Counted from the first letter of the stretch, positions 9,838 through 19,511 are shown. The stretch: DNA of 64,000 nucleotides from Patescibacteria group bacterium (GCA_049322955.1 JBMOPU010000012.1:617517-681516), one strand, 5' to 3'. Program-made: numbers and translations. Notes: a model not told the origin generated them from the sequence alone.

Positions 9838-10769
9838 GCGTCACCTCCTTTTTTTGTTAAGACGATGTTGTGTCGCATGCACAGTAACGGCGGCGTATGG
9901 CTATCGTTTCCAAACCGACTTTTTATGTCACTGACAAAAAAGCCTAACCGTTGCCAAAGGCTCATATGATTACCAAGTGTCCGGAACCATTCGCCGTGAC
10001 CGTTGGGATCTTCACCGAACACGACAAATCCCCCCGGGCGTTCTATCTCGATAAGCTTTCCGCGCATACTGGTCAAGTCCTCACCGAATTCGGCAGTCAG
10101 CTGTCGTAAATCGTAGATATTTTTCCGCAAAGCATCGGTGAGCGTCGGGTGATTTCGCGCGCCGTTTGAAAGGTTCACCGACTCGCGGTGTTCCGATAGC
10201 GGTAAGAGTTCGCTTGTCGTGATATTGACGATTGATGTACCGCCCGGTTTAAGAATACGTGCCGTTTCACCGTCTATGGCTCTATCTATTTCGGGAGGAC
10301 AGCAATTGCCCGTATGGTCCCTGATAACCAGATCAATCGAATGATCGGCAATGCCGGTATGACGCGCATCGATAAGATGCGGTAACACGGCAGTAAGTGA
10401 TTTCTCCTTTTTGAGCGCACTGACCTTGCCGATTATTTCCTCGTCGATATCCACAACATGCAACGACGCAAGTTCCGTTCCGAGCGCATGGGCGATGAAT
10501 CGCTGTGTATCCTCAACTCCGTCGATGCTTGCAAGGCCCAACATGGCAACCGATACCGGAGTGCGCCCGATCCGATGCGCGAGCTTTGCAATTCCCGGCA
10601 TTTCCGACAGTAATTGCAAGTTGAGCCCGACGGGCGGGGTTCGGTTGAGCAGTTCATCCGTTATCCCCTCCTGCTCCATGCGAGCGCGGGTTGCTTCGTA
10701 TCCGCTGGTTCCCCGTAGCCCCCGTCCGAACTCGCGGCCTAATGACCGTGATATTTCTTTATCACTCAT
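9834..10769 (-). CDS. putative class I SAM-dependent methyltransferase
   Basis: Start chosen at ATG 10767-10769, 5 nt after a GGAGAGGAGG SD; Rossmann-like LGLASIDG...VVDIDEE; ATGA overlap with the downstream PLP gene. The longer ORF (to 11054) reads through a terminator and is rejected. Confidence 0.5.
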   Translation of the reverse strand: MSDKEISRSLGREFGRGLRGTSGYEATRARMEQEGITDELLNRTPPVGLNLQLLSEMPGIAKLAHRIGRTPVSVAMLGLASIDGVEDTQRFIAHALGTELASLHVVDIDEEIIGKVSALKKEKSLTAVLPHLIDARHTGIADHSIDLVIRDHTGNCCPPEIDRAIDGETARILKPGGTSIVNITTSELLPLSEHRESVNLSNGARNHPTLTDALRKNIYDLRQLTAEFGEDLTSMRGKLIEIERPGGFVVFGEDPNGHGEWFRTLGNHMSLWQRLGFFVSDIKSRFGNDSHTPPLLCMRHNIVLTKKGGDA

Positions 10770-10803
10770 ACATACCTCCTCTCCGTGCGAAACATAAAAA
10801 CAC

Positions 10804-10875
10804 GGGTGCTGAGGAAAGGGTTCGAACCTTTCTTCCACAACGGGTTCTCCCGTTTGTGAATCCACCATACTCAGC
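10804..10875 (-). ncRNA. non-canonical tRNA-like / tmRNA tRNA-like-domain-like structured element
   Basis: Perfect T-arm (AAAGG-TTCGAAC-CCTTT), 6/7-bp acceptor stem (GCTGAGT/CCTCAGC), GGATTC D-loop-like segment, but no 7-nt anticodon loop (AACGGG-AGAA-CCCGTT instead); 5' part resembles the tmRNA 5' end (GCUGA..UGG..GGAUUC..ACGGG). Confidence 0.25.
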
Positions 10876-10984
10876 GCGAGCCACAAAAAAAACGCCCATG
10901 CAAGCCTCCGATTCATATCGGAAACCTGCAAGGGCGTTCTGGTGCACGCGGTACCACCTTGCTTTACGAAGGAATTGTAGCCAT

Positions 10985-11010
10985 AAAAAAATCCCGCGGG
11001 GCGGGATTCT
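10985..11010 (-). terminator. intrinsic terminator (hairpin AATCCCGC-CCC-GCGGGATT followed by a T7 run on the minus strand)
   Basis: Perfect 8-bp GC-rich stem plus U-run read on the minus strand; nothing coding upstream of it on that strand for ~250 nt. Confidence 0.6.
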
Positions 11011-11244
11011 ACCTTCGCCTCATCTGATTGCTCCGCGAAATGCGACACAATCATTCTGCTGTTACGGGCGTACCCGGAGAAATTTACTGATGTTCAACTT
11101 CTCGGCTCCAGAGGGTATTTCGATCCCTAGAAATTCGGCAGGTCTTTCATCAACCGCCTGCTTTCTTGTGTCACTTTCCAGGTATCTACTTCGTTCTCTT
11201 TCGATGCCGTTCCTATTAACTTGTGCTACTTACCATATCATAAT

Positions 11245-11273
11245 TTGTCATTTTCGTCAATCAAAGTTACAAT
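11245..11273 (+). promoter_or_regulatory. sigma70-like promoter (TTGTCA-N17-TACAAT) upstream of the PBP1A gene
   Basis: Near-consensus -35/-10 hexamers with a 17-nt spacer read directly from the sequence. Confidence 0.45.
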
Positions 11274-11279
11274 CATTGG

Positions 11280-13868
11280 GTGATCCAAATGTCCGAATTA
11301 TTCAGCGAGCGGCAACGAAGAAGACTTTTCGGCAGTCGCATCTCCCGGATGAAATTGTGGAGTATCGTCATCTACGGCGCGTTTATTCTTTTTGTCGTCG
11401 GTATTTTGAGTGTCGGATTGCTTTTTGCCTGGTACGCCAAAGACCTTCCCCGCCCCGACAAAGTCCAACGCAACGACGGATTGTCCACGGTGGTGCTCGA
11501 CAGAAACGGCGAAAAACTCTATGACATTTTTGAAGAAGCAAACAGAATTCCCGCCAAATGGGATGAGATTCCCCAATATCTTAAAGATGCGACGATCGCG
11601 GTTGAGGACAAGGATTTTTACAAGCATCAGGGACTTTCGATGACGGGTATCATGCGCGGTATGCTGGCATGCGTGGTTTTACGACGGTGTCAGGGAGGAT
11701 CCACCCTTACCCAACAGCTCGTCAAAAACGTCCTGCTTTCCCAGGAACGGACGCTTCCGCGTAAGATGAAGGAAGCAGTATTAAGCATTCAGATTGAACG
11801 AAAATACAGCAAGAACGATATTCTTCTGATGTATCTCAATGAAGCTCCCTACGGAGGTACCGCAGTGGGGGTAAAGACAGCCGCCGTGCACTACTTCAAT
11901 AAGGACGTGAAAGACTTGTCCCTTATTCAATCGGCGATATTGGCGGGTCTGCCCCAGTCCCCGAGTTACTATTCTCCATTTACGGGTGAAGAAGGCGCAT
12001 TTAAGGATCGCACGGTTCATGTGTTACGGCGCATGCGTGAAGAGGGATATATTACTCCCGCGCAGGAGGGTGAAGCGAAAAAACAAATGGAAACCATTCA
12101 ATTTGCGGCAGGGGACGCGGCGCTCCGGGCACCGCATTTTGTCGCCTACGTAAAGCAACTCCTCATCGACCGGTTCGGCGAGAAGCGGATTAACGCCGGA
12201 GGCCTTACGGTTACCACGACCCTTGATTGGAAATTGCAGGAGGCCTCCCAGCTGGCGGTCAAAGAGGAAGTCGAAAAAGCCAAGAAACTCAAGGTCAGTA
12301 ATGGAGCCGCTCTCGTGACCGATCCCAAGACAGGAGAAATTCTTGCCATGGTGGGAAGTAAAGATTACGCGGCCACCGACAGTTCGGGGTTGAAATTTAA
12401 CGTGGTTACCCAAGGGCTTCGACAGCCGGGAAGTACGTTGAAGCCGATTATTTATGCGGCCGCACTTACCAAGGGCTATACGGCAAGCACAATGCTCATG
12501 GATGTCGAAACCAAGTACCCTTCCGGTGATGCCTCAAAACCCGACTATAACCCCAAAAATTATGACAATAAATACCGCGGACCGATGCAGATGCGATATG
12601 CACTGGCAAATTCCATCAATACCATTGCCGTCAAATTCGCGGCAATCGTCGGTGTCAAAGATGTCTTAAAAATGGGCTATGCCATGGGACTTACCACCTG
12701 GGAACCGACGGATGCCAACTTGAAGCGGGTGGGGCTTTCTCTGCCTTTGGGAGGGGCCGAGGTGAAAATGACCGATATGGCAACGGCGTTTGGCACGTTC
12801 GCGCATGAGGGACAGCGGGTTGATCTGGTCGCTATTTTAAAAGTCGTTGATGCGAAGGGCAAAACACTCTATGAGCATACGGAGGTTGCCCCCCGACAGG
12901 AAATTGAACCCGATGTCGCGTATGTCATTTCCCATATTCTTTCCGATAACGATGCACGGAAGGAAATATTCGGACTACGATCGTATCTGGTCGTACCCGG
13001 AAAAACCGTGGCGGCAAAAACGGGTACCACCGATGACAAACGGGATAATTGGACGGTAGGTTATACGAAAAGTCGCGTGGTAGTCACATGGGTGGGAAAC
13101 AATGACAATTCCCCGATGAGTCCCACGCTTGCTTCCGGCGTGACGGGAGCCGCTCCTATCTGGAATCGCATCATGAAGGAAGCGCTCAAGGATATCCCCG
13201 ATGAATCCTTTACGCGTCCTGACGGGGTCGTGGAAATGGATATCGATGCGTTTGGCGGCGGGTTACCGTTTGAAGGGCAACCGACGAGAAAGGAAGTCTT
13301 TATCCGCGGCACCGAACCCAACGGTCCCGCGTCCATATATCAGAAACTCAAAGTTTCCCGAAAGGACAGCAACAAGCTCGCAAACAACGTTGAGGTAGCA
13401 ACCGGAGATTACGATGAAAAACTCTTTATCGTGCTCCGTGAGGACGATCCGGTTTCCGGTGACGGGAAGAACCGATGGCAGGAAGGGATCAATGCATGGA
13501 TCAACGGACAGGACAGCAAATATAAGGCGCCTACCGAAACGTATAGCGGCGGCGGATCCGATCAGGTGGTCATCCAACTCAAAAAGCCGTCTGATAAAGA
13601 GCGTATCAACAATAATAACGTCACGATCGAAGCGGAAGCGATTTCTACGGCGGACATTGAGCGGATAGAAATATTTGTTGACGGATCAAAGGTGAAAGAG
13701 CGTACCAACGAAAAAACGATCGCCGAAACGGTCAACATAAGTAACGGTTCCCATAGCATCAAAGTCAAGGCGACCGATAAACGGGGAACCTCAAGCGAGC
13801 GGGAAATTCATGTGGGAATAAATGAGGACTACAAAGAGCCGACCCCCGCCCCTACGCCGACGCCGTAA
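11280..13868 (+). CDS. ponA: class A penicillin-binding protein 1A (transglycosylase + transpeptidase) with C-terminal Big-like/PT-repeat extension
   Basis: GT51 motifs (EDKDFYKHQG, RQPGSTLKP), transpeptidase SxxK/KTG (KTGTTDD) motifs, N-terminal TM helix; ends in PTPAPTPTP. True start may be an internal ATG (11289 or 11349). Confidence 0.85.
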   Translation: MIQMSELFSERQRRRLFGSRISRMKLWSIVIYGAFILFVVGILSVGLLFAWYAKDLPRPDKVQRNDGLSTVVLDRNGEKLYDIFEEANRIPAKWDEIPQYLKDATIAVEDKDFYKHQGLSMTGIMRGMLACVVLRRCQGGSTLTQQLVKNVLLSQERTLPRKMKEAVLSIQIERKYSKNDILLMYLNEAPYGGTAVGVKTAAVHYFNKDVKDLSLIQSAILAGLPQSPSYYSPFTGEEGAFKDRTVHVLRRMREEGYITPAQEGEAKKQMETIQFAAGDAALRAPHFVAYVKQLLIDRFGEKRINAGGLTVTTTLDWKLQEASQLAVKEEVEKAKKLKVSNGAALVTDPKTGEILAMVGSKDYAATDSSGLKFNVVTQGLRQPGSTLKPIIYAAALTKGYTASTMLMDVETKYPSGDASKPDYNPKNYDNKYRGPMQMRYALANSINTIAVKFAAIVGVKDVLKMGYAMGLTTWEPTDANLKRVGLSLPLGGAEVKMTDMATAFGTFAHEGQRVDLVAILKVVDAKGKTLYEHTEVAPRQEIEPDVAYVISHILSDNDARKEIFGLRSYLVVPGKTVAAKTGTTDDKRDNWTVGYTKSRVVVTWVGNNDNSPMSPTLASGVTGAAPIWNRIMKEALKDIPDESFTRPDGVVEMDIDAFGGGLPFEGQPTRKEVFIRGTEPNGPASIYQKLKVSRKDSNKLANNVEVATGDYDEKLFIVLREDDPVSGDGKNRWQEGINAWINGQDSKYKAPTETYSGGGSDQVVIQLKKPSDKERINNNNVTIEAEAISTADIERIEIFVDGSKVKERTNEKTIAETVNISNGSHSIKVKATDKRGTSSEREIHVGINEDYKEPTPAPTPTP

Positions 13869-15869
13869 TCACTTCGTTTTGAGCGTTACGCCGAATTGCT
13901 TTTCCGCCAGACGGATCAGTTTTTCTCGAACGGGGACAATACGTTCCGTCGTCAGATTGTTTTCCGGATCCTGATATTCGATATGCAGGGTACGGGTATG
14001 TTCGTGCATATCAAGGAGCGTCACCCGACGCACAAGCGGATCGCCGGTTTCCAACGCCCTCATGAGCGGTGCCACGGTGAATCGTTCGGGAACGATAAAG
14101 GACAGATCCTCATGCACCGAAGGGTACTTCGGTACCGGGACATAGGTCTTGCCTACCCGTGCGCGTTCCCCCATACGATGCATATCTAATACAAGCATAG
14201 TAGCGGCTCCCGAAAAGCCCATCGCTTTACAAAGCTTCGGATGCAAAACGCCGACGATGCCGTATTCTCCTAGCGGCAACCGGTACCCCGGATCAAACCA
14301 CGCATCATGCGATGTTCCGGTACCCTCATGCGGAAACGGAATACCGATAAGGTCAAAGATTGCCTCCGCAAGTCCCTTTGTTTCATAAAACGTATTCCCG
14401 AGGGTAGCCACGGCAAGCATGGGAGTTTCCTTCGGCAAGTCGCCCGGTTTCCAAAGGTAACACATCGATAGCTCAAAAAGTTTTGCTTGCGGGTTTCGTT
14501 CGCTGTTTGCTTTGAGTGCGGTAAGAACGGAGGGAACCAGCGACGGACGCATATATACCCATTCGGACGATAAGGGATTGGCAATGGTATATGCTTTTGT
14601 CGTATCAAGCGAAAACATATCCATCATTGCCTGAGATAGCATCGAATAGGTATAGGTTTCCGTATATCCCCAGTCACGGAGTCGAATTTTTAGTTGTTCC
14701 TCACGGATGAGCGCCGGGTCCGGTATGGTTACGGGCGGCGCATGCGGCGGAAGAACGGAGGGGATCGCATGGTATCCGTGCACTCTGGCTATCTCTTCGA
14801 TGACATCGACGTCGATCGCAACGTCCCGACGATAACTGGGAACCGTGACCGTGACGGCTTCTTTGGTTTGGCTTACCCCAAAACCCAATGAGGTCAAAAT
14901 GGCGGTAATCGCCGACGACGGCAATATGCCGATATACGCGTCAATTTTTTTCCGGGATACGGTGACGGTTCCCGGTTTGTAGGGAGAAGGATAGATATCG
15001 GTGACATTTGAAACGATTGTGGCGCCGGTGATTTCCCTCATCAAACGGATCCCCTCGGCAAATGCCGGTTTCACAAGTTCCGTATCAAGCCCTTTTTCGA
15101 AAAGCCCCGCCGCTTCGGTGCGATGACCGAGTGCCATGGAGGTTTTTCTGATGTTCAACGGGTGATAGGTCTGCACGAACAGGATAACCCGTTTTGTTTT
15201 TTCGGTAACGGAAGAATTTTCGCCTCCCATAATCCCGCAAAGGTCGATAAGCTTACCGGACTTATCTTCGATGACGATGTCCCCTCCCGGAAGCGTATGT
15301 TTCTTTCCGTCGAGGGTGATGAGCGTCTCCCCTTTCTTTGAGGCTCTCAAGGTCATCGTATGACCCTCAATGGCATCATAATCAAACACATGCGCCGGTT
15401 GACCCAGGCCGCGCATCAGGAAGTTGGTGATATCCACGACGGTATTAATTGATCGCATGCCTGCAAGCTCAAGGTAGTTCCTCAGCCAGGCAGGCGATGT
15501 TTTGACGGAAACATTGTCAAAAATTATTGACATCCAGCGGGGGTTTAGACCGGAATCCGTTTTCAGCGTCAGGGGTAGCGGTTTTGCAACTTTGGCAAAT
15601 ATCACCTTCTCCTTATACGGATCTTTCGCAAGTGTTGCGGCGATGCCGAATCGCGGCAGAATGGTAGCCGCCTCGCGGGCAACACCCATGACGGACATGG
15701 CGTCGGGTCGGTTCCCCGTTATTTCAATATCATAGACGGTATCCTTTCCCGTGCCATAAATTCGCTCAATCGACGGACCGCAGAGCGAAAGATACTCTTT
15801 AAGCTGTGACGGCGTCGCCTTGGTTTTCAGATACTCACGAAGCCAAATATCGGGAACTAAGATGTTCAT
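13869..15869 (-). CDS. pheT: phenylalanine--tRNA ligase beta subunit (short form)
   Basis: 666 aa with B3/B4 and B5 domains and a class-II-like core; adjacent to pheS. Confidence 0.85.
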   Translation of the reverse strand: MNILVPDIWLREYLKTKATPSQLKEYLSLCGPSIERIYGTGKDTVYDIEITGNRPDAMSVMGVAREAATILPRFGIAATLAKDPYKEKVIFAKVAKPLPLTLKTDSGLNPRWMSIIFDNVSVKTSPAWLRNYLELAGMRSINTVVDITNFLMRGLGQPAHVFDYDAIEGHTMTLRASKKGETLITLDGKKHTLPGGDIVIEDKSGKLIDLCGIMGGENSSVTEKTKRVILFVQTYHPLNIRKTSMALGHRTEAAGLFEKGLDTELVKPAFAEGIRLMREITGATIVSNVTDIYPSPYKPGTVTVSRKKIDAYIGILPSSAITAILTSLGFGVSQTKEAVTVTVPSYRRDVAIDVDVIEEIARVHGYHAIPSVLPPHAPPVTIPDPALIREEQLKIRLRDWGYTETYTYSMLSQAMMDMFSLDTTKAYTIANPLSSEWVYMRPSLVPSVLTALKANSERNPQAKLFELSMCYLWKPGDLPKETPMLAVATLGNTFYETKGLAEAIFDLIGIPFPHEGTGTSHDAWFDPGYRLPLGEYGIVGVLHPKLCKAMGFSGAATMLVLDMHRMGERARVGKTYVPVPKYPSVHEDLSFIVPERFTVAPLMRALETGDPLVRRVTLLDMHEHTRTLHIEYQDPENNLTTERIVPVREKLIRLAEKQFGVTLKTK

Positions 15870-16894
15870 AGTTTTTTTAGGGTTGCGAGAAACTCGTCAA
15901 CCGCTTCCTCCTTTGTTGCCCAGGACGTCACCAACCGAATGCACGAAGTATTCTCATTCACAGGACACCATACGTAAAATCCGTACCTGTCTTTGATTTT
16001 ATCGATCAAAGTATTTGGGAATATCGGGAAAATCTGATTTGTCGGCGAATCAGTCAGAAAAGTATGGCCTATGGCGGATATCCCTTTACTAAGTTTTTGT
16101 GCCATGGCATTGGCGTGTCGCGCAAGATCTGTGTATAACGTACCGTCAAATAACGCGAGAAATTGGGCCGCGATTATTCTTCCTTTTGCCAACAACGCGC
16201 CGCGTTGTTTGAGATGGTAATCAAAATTTTCCTGAAGTTTGGGATTGCAAATAATAATGGCTTCGCCGAGTGCCGCGCCGTTTTTGGTGCCGCCGATATA
16301 AAAAATATCAACAAGTCGGGCTATATCCTGAAGCGTCATATCGCTTCCGCTTGCCGCAAGTGCCGTGCCTAATCGCGCCCCGTCAAGATACAAGTACAAC
16401 CCGAGTTTTCTGCAGGTGGCAGATAACTCCGTCAGTTCCCGTTTGGTATATATGGTTCCCACTTCCGTTGCCTGGGAGATAAATACCGCTCGGGGTTTTG
16501 TGGTATGAATGGGCATTGCATCGGTGACAACCTTTTCAATCATCGCAGGGGTGAGTTTGCCGTCGGTTGTCGGTACCGTCTCGATTTTATGTCCCGTCGC
16601 TTCGATTGCCCCCGCTTCATGGACGTGAATATGTCCGCTTATCGGGGCGATGACTGACTCATACGGTTGCAACAGTGAAGCGAGAACCACAAGATTTGCC
16701 TGTGTCCCTCCGGAAACAAATGCAATTTTTGCTTCATTATCTCCGATATGTTTGCGAAGTAATGTTACCGCTTTTCGGGTAATTGTATCTTCCCCGTACC
16801 CGTTTTCCTGACCGTCGTTATAGGTGCCTAATGCCGATAATACCTCTGGGTGCATCCCTTCTGAGTAATCGTTATAAAAAAGATACGTATGCAT
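15866..16894 (-). CDS. ltaE: low-specificity L-threonine aldolase (beta-eliminating lyase family, PLP)
   Basis: GGTQANL, LDGAR and GGTKNG (PLP lysine) motifs, 342 aa; inserted between pheS and pheT with 4-nt overlaps. Confidence 0.7.
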   Translation of the reverse strand: MHTYLFYNDYSEGMHPEVLSALGTYNDGQENGYGEDTITRKAVTLLRKHIGDNEAKIAFVSGGTQANLVVLASLLQPYESVIAPISGHIHVHEAGAIEATGHKIETVPTTDGKLTPAMIEKVVTDAMPIHTTKPRAVFISQATEVGTIYTKRELTELSATCRKLGLYLYLDGARLGTALAASGSDMTLQDIARLVDIFYIGGTKNGAALGEAIIICNPKLQENFDYHLKQRGALLAKGRIIAAQFLALFDGTLYTDLARHANAMAQKLSKGISAIGHTFLTDSPTNQIFPIFPNTLIDKIKDRYGFYVWCPVNENTSCIRLVTSWATKEEAVDEFLATLKKL

Positions 16895-16905
16895 AGTGAT
16901 ACAAA

Positions 16906-17985
16906 TTAAAATTGCTCCAGAAATCGGATATCGTTACTGTACAGTAGTCGTATATCGTCAAGCTTGGTTCCGGATTTCATCATGTACGTGCGCTCGATTC
17001 CCCAACCGAAAGCAAATCCTGAATAGACGTCGGGATCAATGCCGCCGTTTCGAAGTACGACGGGATGCACCATTCCCGACCCTCCCAATTCCAACCATCC
17101 CGCCTTGCAGAGTTTGCAGGGGGTTTTGTCGGGTAATACGCCGGTGCCGAGACAGATGCCGCAGTTGATGTCCACCTCAAATGACGGTTCCGTAAATTGA
17201 AAATGAAACGGCCGGAGTCGTGTCTCCCGATCGGCGCCGAAAAATTGTTTGACGAAATAATCGAACACGCCCTTGAGGTGACCGATCGAAACATCTTTGT
17301 CGATGTAGAGCCCCTCAAATTGATGGAACATCGGTGTATGCGATACGTCAATTTGTCTTCGGTAGCATTTGGCGATATTGATCATACGGATAGGCAATTT
17401 TCCCTTTTCCATCTCTCGTACCTGCCCGTTACTGGTATGCGGGGTAAGGACGATTTTTTGTTTCTTGGGGTTTGTTCCCGGCTTTCCCGGGTAGTTAATG
17501 AAAAACGTTTCCCATTCATCGCGTGCCGGATGATTTTTGGGCATGTTGAGCGACTCAAAAGGATACCAGTCCCAATCAATTTCAGGGTGACGGACGCGGG
17601 TGAATCCGATGCGTTCGAAAATTCGGGTGACTTCCATGATTGCCTGCGTAACGATATGTAAGTGACCTTCGGGAGGACGGATACCCGGTGCGGTTACATC
17701 GATAAAGGTAGTTGGTGTCGAAATAGCGGTCTCTTCGATCTGGGAAAGCGCGCTTTCTATGGAGTGTTTTACCTCGGTGACGACCGGACCGATTTTATGC
17801 CGATCCTCCTTGGGTACGAGACCGATTTGCTTGGTAAGACGGGTAATTTCACTTTTTGCGCCGAGAAGCAAAACACGGAAATCTTCCGGAGATTTTCCTC
17901 CCGCTTTTATGGTGCGTAACGCATCGCCTTGTGCTTCGAGAAGAAGGCTGATGAGGTTCGTCGCTGAAATAATTTCTTCGGTCAT
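16906..17985 (-). CDS. pheS: phenylalanine--tRNA ligase alpha subunit
   Basis: Class II motifs (FQFTEPSFEVD, GWGIERTYMM). Confidence 0.9.
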   Translation of the reverse strand: MTEEIISATNLISLLLEAQGDALRTIKAGGKSPEDFRVLLLGAKSEITRLTKQIGLVPKEDRHKIGPVVTEVKHSIESALSQIEETAISTPTTFIDVTAPGIRPPEGHLHIVTQAIMEVTRIFERIGFTRVRHPEIDWDWYPFESLNMPKNHPARDEWETFFINYPGKPGTNPKKQKIVLTPHTSNGQVREMEKGKLPIRMINIAKCYRRQIDVSHTPMFHQFEGLYIDKDVSIGHLKGVFDYFVKQFFGADRETRLRPFHFQFTEPSFEVDINCGICLGTGVLPDKTPCKLCKAGWLELGGSGMVHPVVLRNGGIDPDVYSGFAFGWGIERTYMMKSGTKLDDIRLLYSNDIRFLEQF

Positions 17986-18006
17986 AACAATATATTGATT
18001 GTACGG

Positions 18007-18231
18007 TTATAGCTCTGGCAGATCAAGGTTATCGATTAAACGTGCCATTTGGCGGATTTTATATAATCGGTTGGTCGCATCCTCCTCAATGAGTTTTAAA
18101 TCATGGTGTAATGGCTGTTCCCGATAAAACAAGCGCGCAGACGCAAGCACTTCCTCAACCTCGGACTCCTCTACGGCCCGATTTACCCGTATGCGCGCTT
18201 CCCTATCGAATGAATAAAATCCTCCCGGCAT
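18007..18231 (-). CDS. hypothetical 74-aa protein (questionable)
   Basis: ORF begins immediately after a strong terminator hairpin and ends 21 nt before pheS; no recognisable domain. Confidence 0.2.
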   Translation of the reverse strand: MPGGFYSFDREARIRVNRAVEESEVEEVLASARLFYREQPLHHDLKLIEEDATNRLYKIRQMARLIDNLDLPEL

Positions 18232-18243
18232 AGTGTTTTGCCC

Positions 18244-18270
18244 AAAAAAAATCCCGCTTGCGCGGGATCC
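18244..18270 (-). terminator. intrinsic terminator / possible attenuator between rplT and pheS (GGATCCCGCGCAAGCGGGAT + T8 on the minus strand)
   Basis: GC-rich hairpin followed by eight U read on the minus strand, ~100 nt downstream of the rplT stop. Confidence 0.6.
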
Positions 18271-18372
18271 TTGGGCATATGTTTTTTTGTTTATGCACCC
18301 AAAGAAACCCGCTGTGGCGAGTTAAAAAAGAAAAATGCAAAAAAGTTCTTGGAGTTCATAACGTCGATTAGC

Positions 18373-18723
18373 TTAGTTGACCGTTTTGACTTCGTCGAGT
18401 ATTGCATCGAAAACGGCGGGATCCTCAACAACCAGGTTGGCAAGCGTCTTGCGATCAAGCTCGATGTTTGCCGCCTTGAGCTTATGGACAAATGAGCTGT
18501 AGGAAAGATTCCGTGCCTTGCTTGCTTCGGAAATACGGGTAATCCACAGTTCGCGGAAATCGCGCTTTCGGTTCTTACGTCCGGCATAGGCGTATTCTCC
18601 CGCGTGGAGGAAGGCCTCTGTGGCGACCTTGATAAGTCGTCGTTTGGTCATCCGATAGCCTTTGTTGGCTCGGAATATCTTGTTGTGCTTTGCTTTACTG
18701 GTAACGCCTCGTTTGACTCTCAT
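18373..18723 (-). CDS. rplT: 50S ribosomal protein L20
   Basis: MRVKRGVTSKAKHNKIFRANKGY... L20 signature. Confidence 0.9.
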   Translation of the reverse strand: MRVKRGVTSKAKHNKIFRANKGYRMTKRRLIKVATEAFLHAGEYAYAGRKNRKRDFRELWITRISEASKARNLSYSSFVHKLKAANIELDRKTLANLVVEDPAVFDAILDEVKTVN

Positions 18724-18734
18724 AGAAAATCTCC

Positions 18735-18935
18735 TTACTTCTTGCGACGAACGTATATTCTAACATGTTTGACCATGGCCTTTTCAAGAGCCACCTGACG
18801 ATCCTGCCGTCGTTGCTGTCTCTTATCCTTCCGTCGCCTGATGTGTCTGGCACCCTGGACGCGATGGACGAGTTTGCCCGTCCCGGTTACTTTAAACCGT
18901 TTTGCCGCAACTTTTCTTGTTTTCATTTTTGCCAT
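18735..18935 (-). CDS. rpmI: 50S ribosomal protein L35
   Basis: MAKMKTRKVAAKRFKVTGTGK N-terminus typical of L35. Confidence 0.85.
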   Translation of the reverse strand: MAKMKTRKVAAKRFKVTGTGKLVHRVQGARHIRRRKDKRQQRRQDRQVALEKAMVKHVRIYVRRKK

Positions 18936-18938
18936 AGG

Positions 18939-19511
18939 TTATTTCGATGAATGATTATCCGTATGTTCGTCTTCGCCGGATCCTTCACCCTTCTTGTCGG
19001 GTACGACCATTGCGGCAAGGACTCTTCCTTCCATCCGGGGCTCGCGGACGAGTTTTACTCCGTCGAGCGATTTGATGAAGCGGTTGAGCACTTCAAACCC
19101 GAACTGTTTTCTCCCTAATTCTCTTCCCTTAAACAGGACGTTTATCTTTACCTGATTGCCCTTTTCAATAAATTCCGTCGCCCGTTTGAGCCACGTGTCG
19201 AAATCATGTTGTTCGATAAACGGTCGCAAACGGACTTCTTTGACACCGACATTTTTGACATTCTTTTTCGCCTCGCGCTCTTTTCTGGCCTCCTGGTATT
19301 TAAACTTTTTGTAATCAATCAGTTTAGCTACCGGCGGCTTGGCGTTTGGCGCAATTTCAACGACGTCGACCGAAAATTCCTTCGCCTTTTGCAAGGCTTC
19401 GATTTTCGAGACTATGCCGATTTGCATACCTTTTTCATCCAAAAGCCGCACCTGCGGACTCAGGATTTGGTAATTAATTCGGTATGTCTTATGAAATTGC
19501 TTTGGTCTCAA
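18939..19511 (-). CDS. infC: translation initiation factor IF-3
   Basis: IF-3 N- and C-domain motifs (VRLLDEKGMQIGIVS, KEVRLRPFIEQHDFD); the true start may be a non-ATG codon, as is common for infC. Confidence 0.8.
   Translation of the reverse strand: MRPKQFHKTYRINYQILSPQVRLLDEKGMQIGIVSKIEALQKAKEFSVDVVEIAPNAKPPVAKLIDYKKFKYQEARKEREAKKNVKNVGVKEVRLRPFIEQHDFDTWLKRATEFIEKGNQVKINVLFKGRELGRKQFGFEVLNRFIKSLDGVKLVREPRMEGRVLAAMVVPDKKGEGSGEDEHTDNHSSK

Noticed and set aside
10804-10875. Canonical tRNA call for the T-arm-containing element
   Set aside because: No 5-bp stem / 7-nt anticodon loop can be formed (only AACGGG-AGAA-CCCGTT), and the D-arm is absent. Kept only as a tRNA-like/ncRNA candidate.
9834-11054. 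Long 406-aa form of the methyltransferase ORF starting at 11054
   Set aside because: The N-terminal extension reads straight through a strong intrinsic terminator hairpin and the tRNA-like element and has no SD. The internal ATG at 10767-10769 has a GGAGAGGAGG SD 5 nt upstream.
10691-11524. 277-aa plus-strand ORF spanning the MT leader and the PBP 5' region
   Set aside because: Overlaps the PBP1A promoter and start in another frame; Arg/Ser-rich low-complexity translation typical of a spurious GC-rich ORF.
17986-18372. Full T-box riboswitch upstream of pheS
   Set aside because: Only ~130 nt lie between rplT and the terminator. No clear Stem I specifier/AGUA elements or a good match to the AAUUAGGGUGGUACCGCG T-box core; retained only as a terminator/attenuator.
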